Source: Anthoceros angustus
Taxonomy: Eukaryota > Plantae > Anthocerotophyta
Direction of reading: 5' to 3'
DNA: 64,000 nt
Assembly: GCA_010909165.1 (NCBI GenBank)
Contig: MU008158.1
Span: 3,676,809-3,740,808 of the forward strand
This document shows, in pieces, positions 51,128 through 64,000 of this stretch (its first letter is position 1; each line of letters begins with the position of its first letter). The position numbers were made by a program, and so were the translations under genes. A model generated the notes under the pieces. It was not told the origin of the DNA, ran no database searches, and saw nothing but the letters and a program-made list of their open reading frames with translations.

Positions 51128-53770
51128 ATGGATGCCATTCATGGTGTGTTGAAGATCAATCCGGATGCGCATGGTAGCTGCTTTCACGTGAGGAGCCCTT
51201 ACCTGTCCAGGAATCTGTCAGCATTGGAATTCCAGGGCTGGTCCCAGACGTTGACGGAGTCCAGAGTGTATGGTCCAAAAAATGCTGTCTCCACAAGAGG
51301 TCCTGGAAACGACCCTCGATGGAAGGAGATACGCCACAAGGTTCTCCGGCTTGACAAGTTTCACGATCCAGCTAGGGTGGATTTGAAGCTGGCTGGTCTG
51401 GATAGGCAGGTGTATCGTATTGCACCGTTGGGCACGGGGGGATTGGAGCATGACGCTTACCGTCGCAGGGCTGCAGGTGCAGTAACGGGTGAAACTGCGA
51501 GCAAGCTATGTGAGCAGGGCAAGCTCAGTGAGGCCGTTGAGGCTCTGGGTGTGCTGGTGCAGGGAGGCTGGCGTGTTTCCACGTCTCTGTTTTATTGTGT
51601 CTTAAAAAGGTGTGTGGTTGTGAAGGATCTGGTTGTGGGTCGGCGGGTGCATGCTCTCTGCGTGAGAAATGGGTATGAGGCCGACACGTTCCTGTGCAAC
51701 CACATCCTGCGGATGTATGTTTCTCATGCCAGGTTGCCTGAAGCGATGGATGTGTTCACCTTAGTTGCCAAACCAGACGCCTTTATGTGGTCTTCCATAA
51801 TTGATGCTCATGTGAAGGATGGACAACCTGAGCAGGCAATACAATTGTATCATCAGATGCGCAGGTCAAGTGTGAAGCCAGATGGCCATGTGTTTGTAGC
51901 AGCCTTGCAGGCTTGTGCCAGGGGAGGTGACTTGACAACTGGGCAGCAGGTGCATGCTGATGTGTTGGCCAGTGGAGTTGAGCCTGATTTGTTTGTTTCT
52001 AATTGTTTGGTGGACATGTATGCAAAGTGTGGCAGCTTGGAAGAATCTAAGAGAGTGTTCGACGGGCTTCTCAAGAAAGATGTAGTAACGTGGAATGCCA
52101 TGATAGCAGGGTGTTCCCAGCAGGGTAAGGGTCAGGAGGCCCTTGAATTTTACGCTTCCATGCAAAAGGAAGGCTTCGCTGTTCCTAGTTCTGTGACATT
52201 TGTTTGCCTCCTGCTTGCATGTGCAAGTGTGGGTATTAAGGCTTTAGAAACGGGAAAGCAGCTTCATGCACAGATTGAAGAACGAGGACTTGAAGCAGAC
52301 GTGACTGTAGGAAACAATTTGATAAACATGTATGCAAAGTGCGGCAGCATGAAGGCTGCTGAGAACGTTTTTAATGGACTTCGTCAAAAAGACGTTGTGA
52401 CATGGAATACCATGATAGCAGGATATGCGCAGCAGGACAGGGGTCAGGAAGCTCTGTGTCTTCACAGTGCCATGCTGCAAGAAAGCACCGATGCGCCAAA
52501 CTCTGTGACATTTGTATGCCTCTTGCAGGCATGTGCAAGTGTCGGTGTCGCAGCGATGGAGAAGGGGAAGGAGCTTCATGCTCAGATTGTGGAACAGGGC
52601 CTTCAAGTTGATGTCACTGTAGGCAACAATCTAATAAACATGTACGCAAAGTGTGGCAGCCTAGAGGATGCTCAGACCGTGTTTGACGGGCTTAGCCAAA
52701 AGGATGTGGTGACATGGACTACTTTGATAGCAGGATATTCCCAGCAAGGCATGGGTCTGGAATCTCTTCGTCTATACAGTGCAATGCAGCATGATGGCAT
52801 CGCTTTTCCTGATACTGTGGCATTTGTGTGCCTCCTGCAAGTATGTGCAAACGTCGCAGCTTTGCACATCGGGAGGCAGCTTCATGCTGACATTCAGGAA
52901 CAAGGGCTTGGGGCTGATCTGGCTGTAGCCATCCATTTGATAAAGATGTACGCAAAATCGGGGAGCATGGTGGATGCACAGCGGGTGTTTGATGCATTGC
53001 CCCAAAGAGACGTTGTAGCCTGGAGTGCGCTGATTGCAGGATACACCCAACAAGGTGACAGTGATGTGGTATTCGACTTGTTTCAAAAAATGTGTGAGGA
53101 CGGCGTACAGCCAGGCAGCACCACCTTACTTAGCCTACTGACAGTATGCAGTCATGTGGGTCTCGTGGACAAGGGGCGAGAGTACTTTGATGCCATGAGC
53201 AGACAGTATGGTATCGGTCCCACCACGGAGCACTACTCTTGCATGGTGGACCTCCTGGGTCGTGCAGGCCAACTTGATGAGGCACTAGCGGTAGCGAGGA
53301 CAATGCCTGTACAGCCGGATGCTGCAGTTTGGCGCACTCTACTGGGCGCTTGTCAAAAGTGGAGCAACTTGTCTGTGGCACTGTGTGCTTTCGATGAAGC
53401 AGTGAAGGTAGATGAGACAGATGCCGCAGTATATGTGTTGATGTCCAACATATATACCAGTGCTGAGATGTGGGAGGAGGCACAGGAGATGCGGGTGAGG
53501 AGAGAGGGAATCGGGGCATGGAAGCAGCCAGGCCAGAGCTGGTGGACTGACTCAGACGGACTGGTGCATAGTTTCCTGGTCGGAGATAAGAAGGATTCAG
53601 ATAGTGATGATAGGTGTCCTGGAGTCGTCAGCAGTTTGAAAAGCTCGATGTACATGGATAGTCCATCAGTAATATCAGGAATGCAAGTTCATCTTTCAGT
53701 TTATAATATTCTCCAGCCTTTGTTGTCAAATTTCTGGCCAATCGCGGCCCTGCAAAACACAAATTGGTGA
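51128..53770 (+). CDS. PLS-class pentatricopeptide repeat protein with E domain, no DYW (organellar RNA-editing specificity factor)
   Basis: Intronless 880-aa ORF with repeated LVDMYAKCGSLE.A..VFD.L..KDVVTW.AMIAG triplets. HYSCMVDLLGRAG, VWRTLLGAC, YVLMSNIY and KQPGQSW..VHSFLVGD mark the E region. No HSE/CxxC/DYW. Confidence 0.93.
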   Translation: MDAIHGVLKINPDAHGSCFHVRSPYLSRNLSALEFQGWSQTLTESRVYGPKNAVSTRGPGNDPRWKEIRHKVLRLDKFHDPARVDLKLAGLDRQVYRIAPLGTGGLEHDAYRRRAAGAVTGETASKLCEQGKLSEAVEALGVLVQGGWRVSTSLFYCVLKRCVVVKDLVVGRRVHALCVRNGYEADTFLCNHILRMYVSHARLPEAMDVFTLVAKPDAFMWSSIIDAHVKDGQPEQAIQLYHQMRRSSVKPDGHVFVAALQACARGGDLTTGQQVHADVLASGVEPDLFVSNCLVDMYAKCGSLEESKRVFDGLLKKDVVTWNAMIAGCSQQGKGQEALEFYASMQKEGFAVPSSVTFVCLLLACASVGIKALETGKQLHAQIEERGLEADVTVGNNLINMYAKCGSMKAAENVFNGLRQKDVVTWNTMIAGYAQQDRGQEALCLHSAMLQESTDAPNSVTFVCLLQACASVGVAAMEKGKELHAQIVEQGLQVDVTVGNNLINMYAKCGSLEDAQTVFDGLSQKDVVTWTTLIAGYSQQGMGLESLRLYSAMQHDGIAFPDTVAFVCLLQVCANVAALHIGRQLHADIQEQGLGADLAVAIHLIKMYAKSGSMVDAQRVFDALPQRDVVAWSALIAGYTQQGDSDVVFDLFQKMCEDGVQPGSTTLLSLLTVCSHVGLVDKGREYFDAMSRQYGIGPTTEHYSCMVDLLGRAGQLDEALAVARTMPVQPDAAVWRTLLGACQKWSNLSVALCAFDEAVKVDETDAAVYVLMSNIYTSAEMWEEAQEMRVRREGIGAWKQPGQSWWTDSDGLVHSFLVGDKKDSDSDDRCPGVVSSLKSSMYMDSPSVISGMQVHLSVYNILQPLLSNFWPIAALQNTNW

Positions 53771-54111
53771 GACGGCTGAGCATGGACCGGCTGTAAACGC
53801 CATGTTTGTATGTCTCCTGCAGGAACAGAGGCTCTTCACCTTCGCGCTTCCGGCGATCCGAATTCCGGCCGGCATCATGAGTGCCCTTCGCCGTGCATGT
53901 AACAGCCGACGTAATAGCTACTTGGTCGGCCGGCCTTGAGTCATGTATGTAGCGACTCGAGGAACAAGAGAGAGGTTGGAGGTTGCCGTGCGGGCCACGC
54001 TAGAAGCTTAGTACAAACGAAGGTGTATGTTCCAGGGCCCATGGAATCACCTGAAATGGGTCCTGGTATAAGGCTTCAGGGGGGCTCGGAGTATTTGCGA
54101 AGGCTTTGAGG

Positions 54112-56484
54112 ATGGCAGGCTGCCCATTAACAGCACTGGGTGTGCAGGCCAGCTTGCTGTACCAATGGGTCGTGGGGGCCGTGGTGGCCTTGGCTCTGGC
54201 AGCTCTGGTGCGGAAAATCCTGAAGCCCAGCAACACGGGGCTGTCTTTGCCCCCAGGCTCCATGGGCTGGCCTCTGCTGGGGGAGACGCTGGATTTCATG
54301 CGGAGTTTTAGCAGTTCCAGAACTGCCTCCACCCCCTCCTTCATGCAGGCTCGCCGCAAGCTGTGAGCCCCGCAACGTTGCAGCCGAGCTGTGTTGTGTT
54401 GCAGACTGTGGAAGGTGCTTAGACTTTGCAGATGTTCCTTGGTCTTCGATGGCATGTTGCAGGCATGGGGACGTGTACAAAACCAGGGTGATGGGGGTCA
54501 ATGCTGTGGTTATCGGCGGGCCAGAGGGGCAGAAGTTCCTCGCGTCCTATGACGGCAGGCTGCTTGAGAGCCCTGCTGCATTCCGAAGCGTCGTGGATCG
54601 ATTTGGAGCAAACGCTTTGTTTCTGGTGAATGGGGATCAGCATAAGCGTCTGCGTAAGGCGATGCAGGAGCCCTTCGGTTTGGGATCCCTCAAGGCTAGG
54701 CTCTCCGCCGTGGAGTGGCTCACACTGGACACGCTTAGAAGGTGGGAGGGAAAGGAGGTTCTTGTGATGACGGAAAGCACAAAGGTACCACTGTCGTCTT
54801 TCGTGTGCTTTCACCAGGGCGTGGGATGTGGGAGCTGATTTTCTTTTGCACCTCGAATGCAGTTCACCTTCAGCTTGATCCTGGATATGTTTCTTGGCCT
54901 GAAGCCCGGTCCCGATGTGGACTACATTTGGGAGCAGTTCCAGATGTTGAGCGACGGAGGTGTTCCTCTGCCTCTCAAAATTCCTGGAACTACGTACTAC
55001 AAAATGCTGCAGGTAGCTCCCAGTTTACTTCCTTTCAGATGCACATGCTGTCTGGCAAAGACATTTTAAGGCAGGCATTGATCAATTCGAGGCTCGCTCG
55101 TTATGAATTCTGTTGCAACCAGGCTCGGCAAGTATTGGTTCAGCACTTCCAAGGGATCATTGACTCAAGGAGGAATTCAGACATGAGTAAGTCAGTCAAG
55201 CACTGCGCACATCGCACCTCCTTGCTTCTTCAAGCTCAGGATATTCCTGACCTTGGAGCCGCCTTATTAATGGATTTGTTTGAATTTCTGAGTAACTGGA
55301 CTATTCTCAGGATCCGGAGGGAGAGACATTTTGGACTTTCTGCTGAAACCCAGTGCTGGCCAAGAAAGTATATCAGATGCAGAAATTGTTGACAACATCC
55401 TCTTTGTGCTTTTTGCTGGATATGATACCACTGCCCTTGCTCTTACATCGATCATCCGCCGCCTTTTCCAAAACCCCGATCAGTGGAGCATCTTAAAGGT
55501 GATCACTCAACAGCACGAGCTCCGGCCATGACCGGTTAAAAACTCAATTCATGAGGACTGCTGAAAACCTGCAATACCTGCTATGCTTACCATTAGCCGC
55601 CTTGGTCTTGTCTGGAATCAGCGTGAGCATGATCGCATTCGAGAGGGACTTCAAGGGCATTCATCAGAGGGAAGATGTCTTACTTGGGATTCTCTCAAGC
55701 AGATGACTTACACCATGCAGGTAACTATATAAGGTCGTTCCCTCAGAACTTTCCCCGCAATAATTGCTCGTTCTGACGACATTCTTGCAAGTGAATCCAG
55801 ATTGTCTACGAAGTCACCCGAACATCAAGCATAGGGGACACTTCTGCTCGTTTTGTCTTAGAGGATCTGGAATTTCAAGGTACATACATATGCCAATCCA
55901 AGTGCATTTATCAGCATATGAACTTGCAACTTTGGAGGCTGGAGTCGACTCTTCAGGAACACTCGATCTTCACGCAGGCTACAGAATACCAAAAGGCTGG
56001 ATGGTGTTCCTCGACAGAGACTCTGCTAATTTTGACACACGCACTTTCAACGAGCCTGAGAAGTTTAATCCTTCTCGATTTCAGGTAAAACGGAAATTTC
56101 TCTGCCCTGATGGGAATCTCCATGCTGCCGGCTAATGTCTTGTGAATACCTACATCTCTTTGCAGGACGGATTACCCTCCAACTTCAGCTGGGCTCCATT
56201 TGGCAGTGGGCCTCACATGTGCCTGGGCATGGAACTTGCAAAGTTGGAGCTTTGTGTGTTCACCCACCACCTCGTCACCACGTACACGTGGGTAGCATTT
56301 GTTTGTGTTCTTGTACGTAGCTGGTCTTGTCGCGTACTGAATGACTCGACTTAAATCTTTCAGGTGGAACGTCTTAACGGACGATTTCTCGCTGGATTAT
56401 GGACGTGCCATGCCTCGTTACCGAACTGGGATTCCTGCTATTTTTGAAAGGCGGAAGCAAGTGGTGACAACTCAACAGATGTAG
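54112..56484 (+). CDS. Cytochrome P450, CYP85 clan-like, multi-exon
   Basis: LPPGSMGWPLLGETL, HGDVYKT, I-helix FAGYDTT, K-helix EVTR (exon from 55801), GYRIPKGW, EPEKFNPSRF and heme motif PFGSGPHMCLG. Stop at 56484. Confidence 0.92.
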
Positions 56485-57420
56485 TGAGCTTCTTCACGAG
56501 CTTGCATGTCAGCGAATTGAAGGTGGGTAGAAGGGTTGTGGAACCTTTTTTTCCGGAGAGAAAGTTCCATTTGCCCAAAATGCAGTGTTGTACACCTAGT
56601 GAAAGCGTTGTGCAAGTCTATAATAGAGAGGTTGCATTTATAATTGTAAGTATTGCGCTGGTTCCCTACCCTAAAGGTATCCAGTGGTCAGTACGCCAGG
56701 CTACACTCTCGAAGCAGCACGACGCAGTGGCCAACCAGCCAGAATTCAAGTTTGTAGACAACCAAGCGTTCATGCTTCATGCAAAATCAGTCAAGCAGCA
56801 ACGTGTGTCACAGTCTTCACCTTCTCTCAGACTATCCTGCAGCAACCGAAACCTCACCTGGAGGCCTGAGGCCTATCTGTTTACTACAAGGGGAAAGGAC
56901 AAAGAACCAAGATCCTAGCCCAGACCTGTATTCACAGTATCTGGATAACAAATCGGGTCTGCTCTTATAGGATCTGGCCATGGATAAAAATCCGCATGTC
57001 GTCACTTCGGCGGCTGCACAAATTCACGAGTGACAAGCCTTTTCGAAATATCTGCCTCCGGGCAATCGCACATGCTAGTTTGTCACCCAAGGTCATGCTT
57101 GCATCAGCTGCCTTACACAAAGCCATCGCTTCCTCCATCCAATAATAGCTGAATGTTTTAATAAATTCGCATAACTACGATACAGTCCTCCTTACACAAA
57201 TAGTGTGTTCGCTCTGCCCTGACTTCGCGTCGAGGTGAGGATTGAGACACGGGGCGAATTTCTCAGGAAAGCAGCAATGCATTCCAGGGGTTGGTGAAAT
57301 GCAAGCCATGCTGAAGTTTGCTTGTTATGAAATCGTGCCCTGCGCAGAAATCGCTCCCTCTATACCATGGAGGACAGAACAAACATCTGCTCCAGTGCCA
57401 GAAAACACTATCATCTCATA

Positions 57421-60400
57421 TTAACCTGCTCTGTTCTCCATGTCCAGTTGAACTATACCCTCCAGCTCATGGACAACCTCTGTTATGACAGGCCGGATGC
57501 TCACTTGCGAGTCTGTGCATCTCAATGCTAGCTCTAAATATTTGCGTAGCGCCAGCTTGTTGTACACGTGGTCAAGTGCAGCATCCACAATTTCCTCGGG
57601 TTCACCCCCTTGCCAGGTTTGGTTCACCTGGAATGAGACAACGAAGCATTCAGCGACCAAATCTCAAGGCTTGCCCTGCCCTCCTGGATGTATAGTTAAC
57701 ATGTGAGAACCACTCACCCAGTCAACAATGTGCAACCACGCGTTGAAAGGAGGGCACACCGAGAACGGCGTCCGGCCACACACCAACTCCAGCTGTAGCA
57801 CCCCAAAGCTGTAGACGTCGCTTTTTGTCGTCCATGCCTTGGCGACCACAGAACTGCAAGCCAAACACGTTCAATAGAGTGGAGTGGCACGAAGACACAT
57901 CCACACTGAGGTCCTGAGGAAGATGGACTTACTCAGGATCCACGTAGCCTGGAGTGCCTTTTATTTCCAGGAATTTCTCCGCTTCCCCTACCTCAGCCTT
58001 CGTTCCAGGCCTGTAGTTTCCTATCTTTGCAGTGTTCTTGCGGTTCAAAAGTATGCTGCTACTCTTCAGGTCCAGGTGGAGGAGTTCACGACTGTGAAGA
58101 TACCGAAGGCCTGTTTGAAGGAACAAGAATGCTCGTTGGAGAACATAACCTGGTCTTCTGTTCAAATAAGACGCAAGAAAGAACGGACCAGCTTACCAAC
58201 TGCTATATCCAAGGCAATGTTGATCCTCTCCTTCCAGGTGAGACGCAGAGAATGGTCTGTGAAAGGGCCTAGAGCACATTCAGCAAAAGAAAAAACGGAG
58301 TGAGAGGCACAACGGGAACTGCAGGCACACCTATATCCAGCCTGGCCGTGCTACATACCATGCAAGCGCTGGTGAAGATCCCGCCCTTCCATATATTCAT
58401 ATACCAGCTTGCTCTGCTTCCCGTTCCCTTGTACAGAAAATCCCAGCAGTGCAACAAGGTGCTTGTGCTGTAGCTGTGCAAGTTCAGAAACCTGAAGTTC
58501 ATTGCAGCTGGATGGTAAGAATTGTTGCTCGCAGACCATGGCTCCCTTAATTCCATTGGCAACGTCACGGCACAACGGAAAGGGTCGGAAGAGGACATAC
58601 CTCACTAGCGAAATCCTGCGTCTCTTGTGGAGAAAAATCTGACAGGACCTTAACTGCCACCTCTTGATTCCCCTTTGATAGTTTTCCGTAAAAGACACCC
58701 TCAGCAATTTGCTTCTGATAGTCATTGGTGGCCTCTCTGATCTCTGCTTCACTCATTTGCCGAACCACTGGGCTGCCAAGAACTGGATAGGGACAGGGAG
58801 TTAATACCAGCAACCACAGCTCCTGAAATGCACTAGGCATCATGTCTCAAACATGTGTCTTACTGCTTATGTACTGGAATGCAAGATCACTCTTACCTCC
58901 TCGAGGGTGTTGGTTAATGTCATTTTGAGGGATTGGTCCTTGATTGTCAGAGACAGAGTCCAAAAGGGCATGAGTTTCCTTTGAAAAACTATTCTTCCCT
59001 TTTCTTCGTTGCCAGATAAGCAGGACAGCTATAACCAGGACCACAACTATAGCTGCAACCACAGCTCCAGCAATAACTCCCACGTTACTACCCCCGCTGG
59101 AAGAGGAAGGTCCACTGGCCGGACCCGGTCCACTGGCCGGACCCGGTCCACCACAAGAATTTGGTAACGGGATTATTAACCCGATGTTTCCATCACGTCT
59201 GCAATATGAAGAAGGTTCCAACAGTTAACAAGAGGAACTCATCCGAATGAAAACACTTGCATCAAGTGGACGAGTATGCTCCAGGAAAAGCTCACATGAA
59301 ATTTGAACCCAGCTTGTTGACGAGACATGGAGGCACTATCCCAGTTATGTTGTTGTTTGCAATGTTCCTGGTCAGCAAACTAGTGTGAGCAGGCACATGG
59401 TTTTGCAAGCTACAATAATGCTACAAAGTGGCTGTCAACTTCATACCAGTTGGTGACACGGAACATTCATACACCACACACATCCGTTTCACTAGACTTC
59501 CCCCGGAAAGTGCATTCTAGTGCAGAACAACATTAATCAGCTCCACAAGAAGGCTTACAGCTGCTTTAGATTCTGCAAGCCCTCCAACCAGGTGGGAAAG
59601 TCTCCACTCAGCTGATTGTTTGATAAGTCCCTGCCACAAACACCACACGTGCAGATGATGCCACTTCCTCCTACTGAACATACTCACACAAAACTGCCTG
59701 AACATAACTAGCTGCAAATTGCAACAGAAATCGTCTAATGTGCTACTCACAGATACTCCAGGGAGACAAGGGAGCTGAAATCTGGTACTGAACCTGCAAA
59801 TCCACTGCTGTTAAGCAACCTGCAAGGGAAACGGTCGAAGTTACCAGGATGACGTCATGCACATCCACAAACTTTGGAAGCTCTTTACAGCATGTTGACA
59901 ACTCACAAAGTCCTTAAAGAAGTCAGCTTTTGTATGGCTTCAGGAATCGACCCTGACGGATTTCTGCCAGACAAATCCCTGGACGAGAGGCGGTTATGTC
60001 AGTCCTGCATATTCAAGGACGGATGAATTCAGACAGAAGTGGGTACACAACCACCTGAATTCACTCAGGTATACAGGCACAAGCAAACCCAATCAATGGA
60101 GCACTACTAAAGGCCTTACAAAGACACCACTGTAGGTGGAGCAACATTGACGTTACATCCAAGCTCTCTCCATGGAACAGGTAGGCAGGGATCCCCCACC
60201 CAGTCTGAAATATTTGATTCGTTCTTCAGCTGTTTCAAGGCTGACACTGCAAAGAAAGAATATTTCTTAGAGAACCAAGTTTCAACAGATGAAGGGGAAA
60301 TAGCAAGATGCCAAAATCAGCAGAGATATGCAGCTAGTAGTTACCTAGCCCACTGTCTGTTGGCTCTCTGGCTGGAATGATGGAGTATACTTCCAGTGCA

Positions 60401-61846
60401 TTCAGCAACGGGTCGAGAGTGGAACTTTTCTCCAGGGTATAGGTAATAAGTTTCTCCGTAACATTGACATTGAAGGTGAGCGTCTGGAAAACAAGTTTCC
60501 CTCTAGCCCCACCACCACTGTCTTTATCTACTATTTGAGTCAGATTTACATACTGACTGGGAGTACCATCAACATGGACAGCAATAAGGCGATAGGCACT
60601 CAAATTCCGGTTAGTTAACTCTGCAAAAAACAGACTAGAGAAGACCGGAGTTTCCGGCACTGGAAGGGAGAAGGAAATATTGGGTGCAGTGATGGCCTCC
60701 ATTAACACATTTGCCGGTATTTGGTCAACACCTGCCTCTTGTCGGTTGAAGTGTCCTAAATTACTGGCAGAGACACTGCGGGTGGTGTTCAGTAGCTCAG
60801 GGAACGCAGATACTCCAACTTCCCAAATGCGATCCCACTGATCATCGAAGTACCTGCTCCAGCAACGCACAATGAGTTAGGTACTACTTTCGGTGCCAAC
60901 AGCAGGGGTAGGAATGATGCAACGGTCGGATCAAGAAAGACAGCAACTGAGGAACCAGAGACGTGCTAAGTATGTGAGACAAAAAGCACGTCAATGGACA
61001 AAACACCCTGCTGAAGTCATATGGTGAAAGACTAAGCTTCATATTCAGAGAACGGAGCATACACTTTAGTACCACTTACCGGATTGTCTTGTTCCCAAAA
61101 TTCACTCTCTTGAGAATGTGGAGATAGTTTCCGGCTGAAAGGGGATACGAATCATTAGCCATAGTCCGGAGCTCTAGTGAGCTGATGAATGGAACATGGT
61201 CTGGTGTCCGCCTGATCAAACAGACACTGACCTCCGACGCATTAGGAGTAAAAATGTTTTCAAAGTACAGAGGCCTGGAAGGGTCAGTAATTTTGACTGT
61301 GGTCCACAGGGTTGCATCTAAGGACAAGTCAAATGCAGGAAGAACATTGCTGCCATCATAGTTTCCATATAGAAAAGTGGCTCTGACAAGAGACGAATTG
61401 CCAGGAGTGACTGGAAGACTGTAGCAACTCTTGCTCTGGTTGCCTTTAAAATATCGCAGATTCTGCAGATCCGTTGCAATCTGGGCTGCCCCAAAAATAG
61501 TGGGATTCACCTTTCCAATATCCCCTCCCGTGAAATATACATCAGATTGCCACACAATTGACGTCGTCGGATCGGTAGAGTTTCCCACACTGCCACAATC
61601 GATACTCAGGAAGCCTGCAAAAACCACAAGCAACTTGGACAGTCAGCACCTGACAGTAAGGTGCAAGCCCGAGGCTCCAGAAACAGGCAATCTATCTTGG
61701 TGTCTGCCCCAGGCAGGCTGACAGTCTTGCAAATCCAGAGAACCGAGCGGGCAAAAGTAACCTTCTCGTTGCGCTGCCGTCTGCAGAAATGCGGATTGCA
61801 GAAAGCACAGAACCACTCCACAAAAAATCACCCTACTCCGCCACAT
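57421..61846 (-). CDS. Malectin-like/LRR receptor-like kinase with a degenerate (pseudo)kinase domain
   Basis: Signal exon MWRSRVIFCGVVLCFL, then GFLSIDCG, PFISSLELR, RYFDDQWDRIW, LLNALEVY, GDPC, LRR exons and TM VIAGAVVAAIVVVLVIAVLLIW. Kinase has IAEGVFYG, VAVK, HLDLKSSS, GNYRPG and GYVDPE. Confidence 0.87.
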
Positions 61847-64000
61847 CTTAGGATCTGCCAGCTGCCAGGTCAGGCCTTCCCTCAAGCCGGTCTCGCCCCA
61901 GGAACGCATCGCACCCCTCTCATCAGCCCACTACTCCTCCAGCTCACATCCAGTGACCAATCTGAGGCCAGATGGAGGCGTGCTATAATGCGTCAAAACC
62001 ATCGCCCACAAAGCCGAGACATTTTTCATGAACCCATTTGCGGCGTGAAACATCTCCGAGTGCTCCAGCTACGAGCATCCAGGGAGTCGGAAGTTCCTTG
62101 CGAGACGGGAACCCACTAATGCAGATCCAAGCTGCATCCCCAGAGCTAACACTCCGGAATCCCGACACCAGATGGACTCGCGAATCCCGAGAACGCTCAG
62201 CCAGGAAGCATTGAATCCAGAGAGGAACCCAGCTCTCGTGCCCTGCAAGCGCCCGCTGTGGTGCGATCCTTCTCCGCCGCGGAATGGGAATGGGGGTAGG
62301 AATCCGGTGTAGGAAGTGGTCAGGCTGTCATTACGCGGCATGTGAAGCCGGCACAGGTGGGAACCTCTACAGGCCACGAGGAAGGACACTTCTGAGAATA
62401 GATAAAAGAGGCTGGAGCCGGTCAGAGCGGGCGGAGCTCGGGTGTATTTGCCGCGATCTGTGATGAGTCAGGCAGGCTGGCCACTCTTTCAACACCGACG
62501 GCCTCCAGTCAACTTCTTAGCAACCAGGCCCAGCTGATGCTAGGTGTAAAAACCTTCGACCGAAATCTCGTGCCAAGACACTGACAAAACATTTGTTTCA
62601 AGGAAAGTGGACAACAAAAGCGATAACAGCGGCGCAGTGACGTCAGACACAATTTTGCAGGTGTATCCTGGAAGGGGCAGCAGGAAGCTGGGAGGAAGGG
62701 TGACAAGATGGGACCACCTCTGGCCAACTGGGCGGAAGCTCTTAGCTCACCATGCCCATCACTGTGTGGAGACAGGGGATGCCAGGGCCCCCCGTCATAC
62801 TCCAGTTGTGCCAGGGACCCCCTTCGAGGAATTCAGGAGGAGTGACCCATAAAGGTCCTCGGTCATGTTCAGGTTCACGAGACGGTGATTGTGGGAAGGG
62901 TACTTCCTTGACTAAACAGTAGCAGTGCTCAGGTGCAATGCTTTCTCCTGGACGAGCTTGTGGGCAGTCATGCTCTCAATGATCAGAAGATTGTGGTCAT
63001 TGTGAGAACTTTGGCCCGTCCCATTCCTGATAGCTGCGAAGCTAGGATTATGCCCCCACCTGATTGAAAGAATCTCCAACCAAATGTTGACGGAAGGTGA
63101 GGAATGAAAGAGTCTCCAACCAAATGTTGACGGAAGGTGAGGAAGCAAACACAACAGGTTGCGGAGAGCTGGCAGCTGGACTGATGAAACCATCCGCTGG
63201 AAGTGGGATGTAATGCCCAGCATTATGGCACTGTGTGTCTTGTTGAGGCCCTTGCCACCATTGTCTAAAAGGCTGGATTTACTTGCAGGTGCACGCGACG
63301 TCACCAAGCATCACAACGATGTCCATCTTCCTTGAGGCACGATTAGGCTTTCCCATCTTCTGCAAACATCTTTGGCTTGAGCTTGGCCTCAGAAGCGAAA
63401 CCTCCAGAATGTCGACAAAGCAGATCAACTACGGCGTCGTGAACTGCATCCCGGATCATTCAGAAAGTGACAGCCACTAACCTGACAAGCCTGCAAACAG
63501 TATGCCTACAGGTTTGGTGAAGCATACCACCGGCTTCCTTACAACTCTGTTGACAAACAGAGGTGCTCGGAGAGCAGGAGGTACAAAACCCAAAATGTTT
63601 TCTCCCGTCCTTCCATTTCGCAGAAAAGAAATAAAGAAACCGGGGCACTTTAATGAATATTAATGATTCTTAACAGTATAGGTATACCGATTGCGTTCTG
63701 CTTGCGGGATGTATTCAATGAGCTCTTTCTGCCCAAGCTAGGTTTTCTCCCTAACAAGCCATAGTAATATACCACTAGAATTATTATCCCATCACCAGGG
63801 AGATGGAAGGGTTTGCATACCTTTGTTGTCCTTACTATTATAAGGATTTCTCCCATCAAAGAAGGAGGAGTTGTTGAAATAATGAAAATTAATATAATTG
63901 GGTACTTATTAGATAGAGTGTTTTTATTAAAATAATGAATAATAGATTTAAATATTATTATAAATAATAAAAATTAGAATTCCATACCTAAGTAAAGTTC

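Noticed and set aside
62650-63650. Possible SWIM/MULE remnant (minus-strand VMLGDVACTCK) and a 41-bp-period duplication at ~63074-63143
   Set aside because: The motif is incomplete and interrupted by a stop; not enough evidence to call.

Overview
Eukaryotic plant nuclear DNA. It is gene-dense with many short (~80-110 bp) GT-AG introns and a PLS-class PPR gene, which suggests a bryophyte such as a hornwort (inference). Host genes in order: CCDC93-like gene, phytocyanin-ectodomain receptor-like kinase, malectin-like/LRR protein with a GPI-type C-terminus, SVOP/OCT-type MFS transporter, unknown coiled-coil gene, malectin-LRR receptor pseudokinase, TAF1B/RRN7, PLS-E PPR, CYP85-clan P450 and a second malectin-LRR pseudokinase. 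Remnants of a restriction-like-endonuclease non-LTR retroelement and of a Harbinger transposase are also present. The standout feature is an ~11.9 kb DNA transposon (23197-35067) with 24-bp TIRs and a 4-bp ACGT flanking duplication. It carries a DDE/D transposase on the + strand. On the - strand it carries a large frameshifted gene ending in a prokaryote-type beta-class amino (N6-A/N4-C) DNA methyltransferase, preceded by a possible ParB-like domain. It also holds two mutually inverted CpG-saturated (GCGC)n arrays, one inside a transposase intron. Coding sequence in this element is full of 1-bp indels and has two internal duplications, so part of the damage may be assembly error. All product calls come from motif recognition by eye; no database searches were run.
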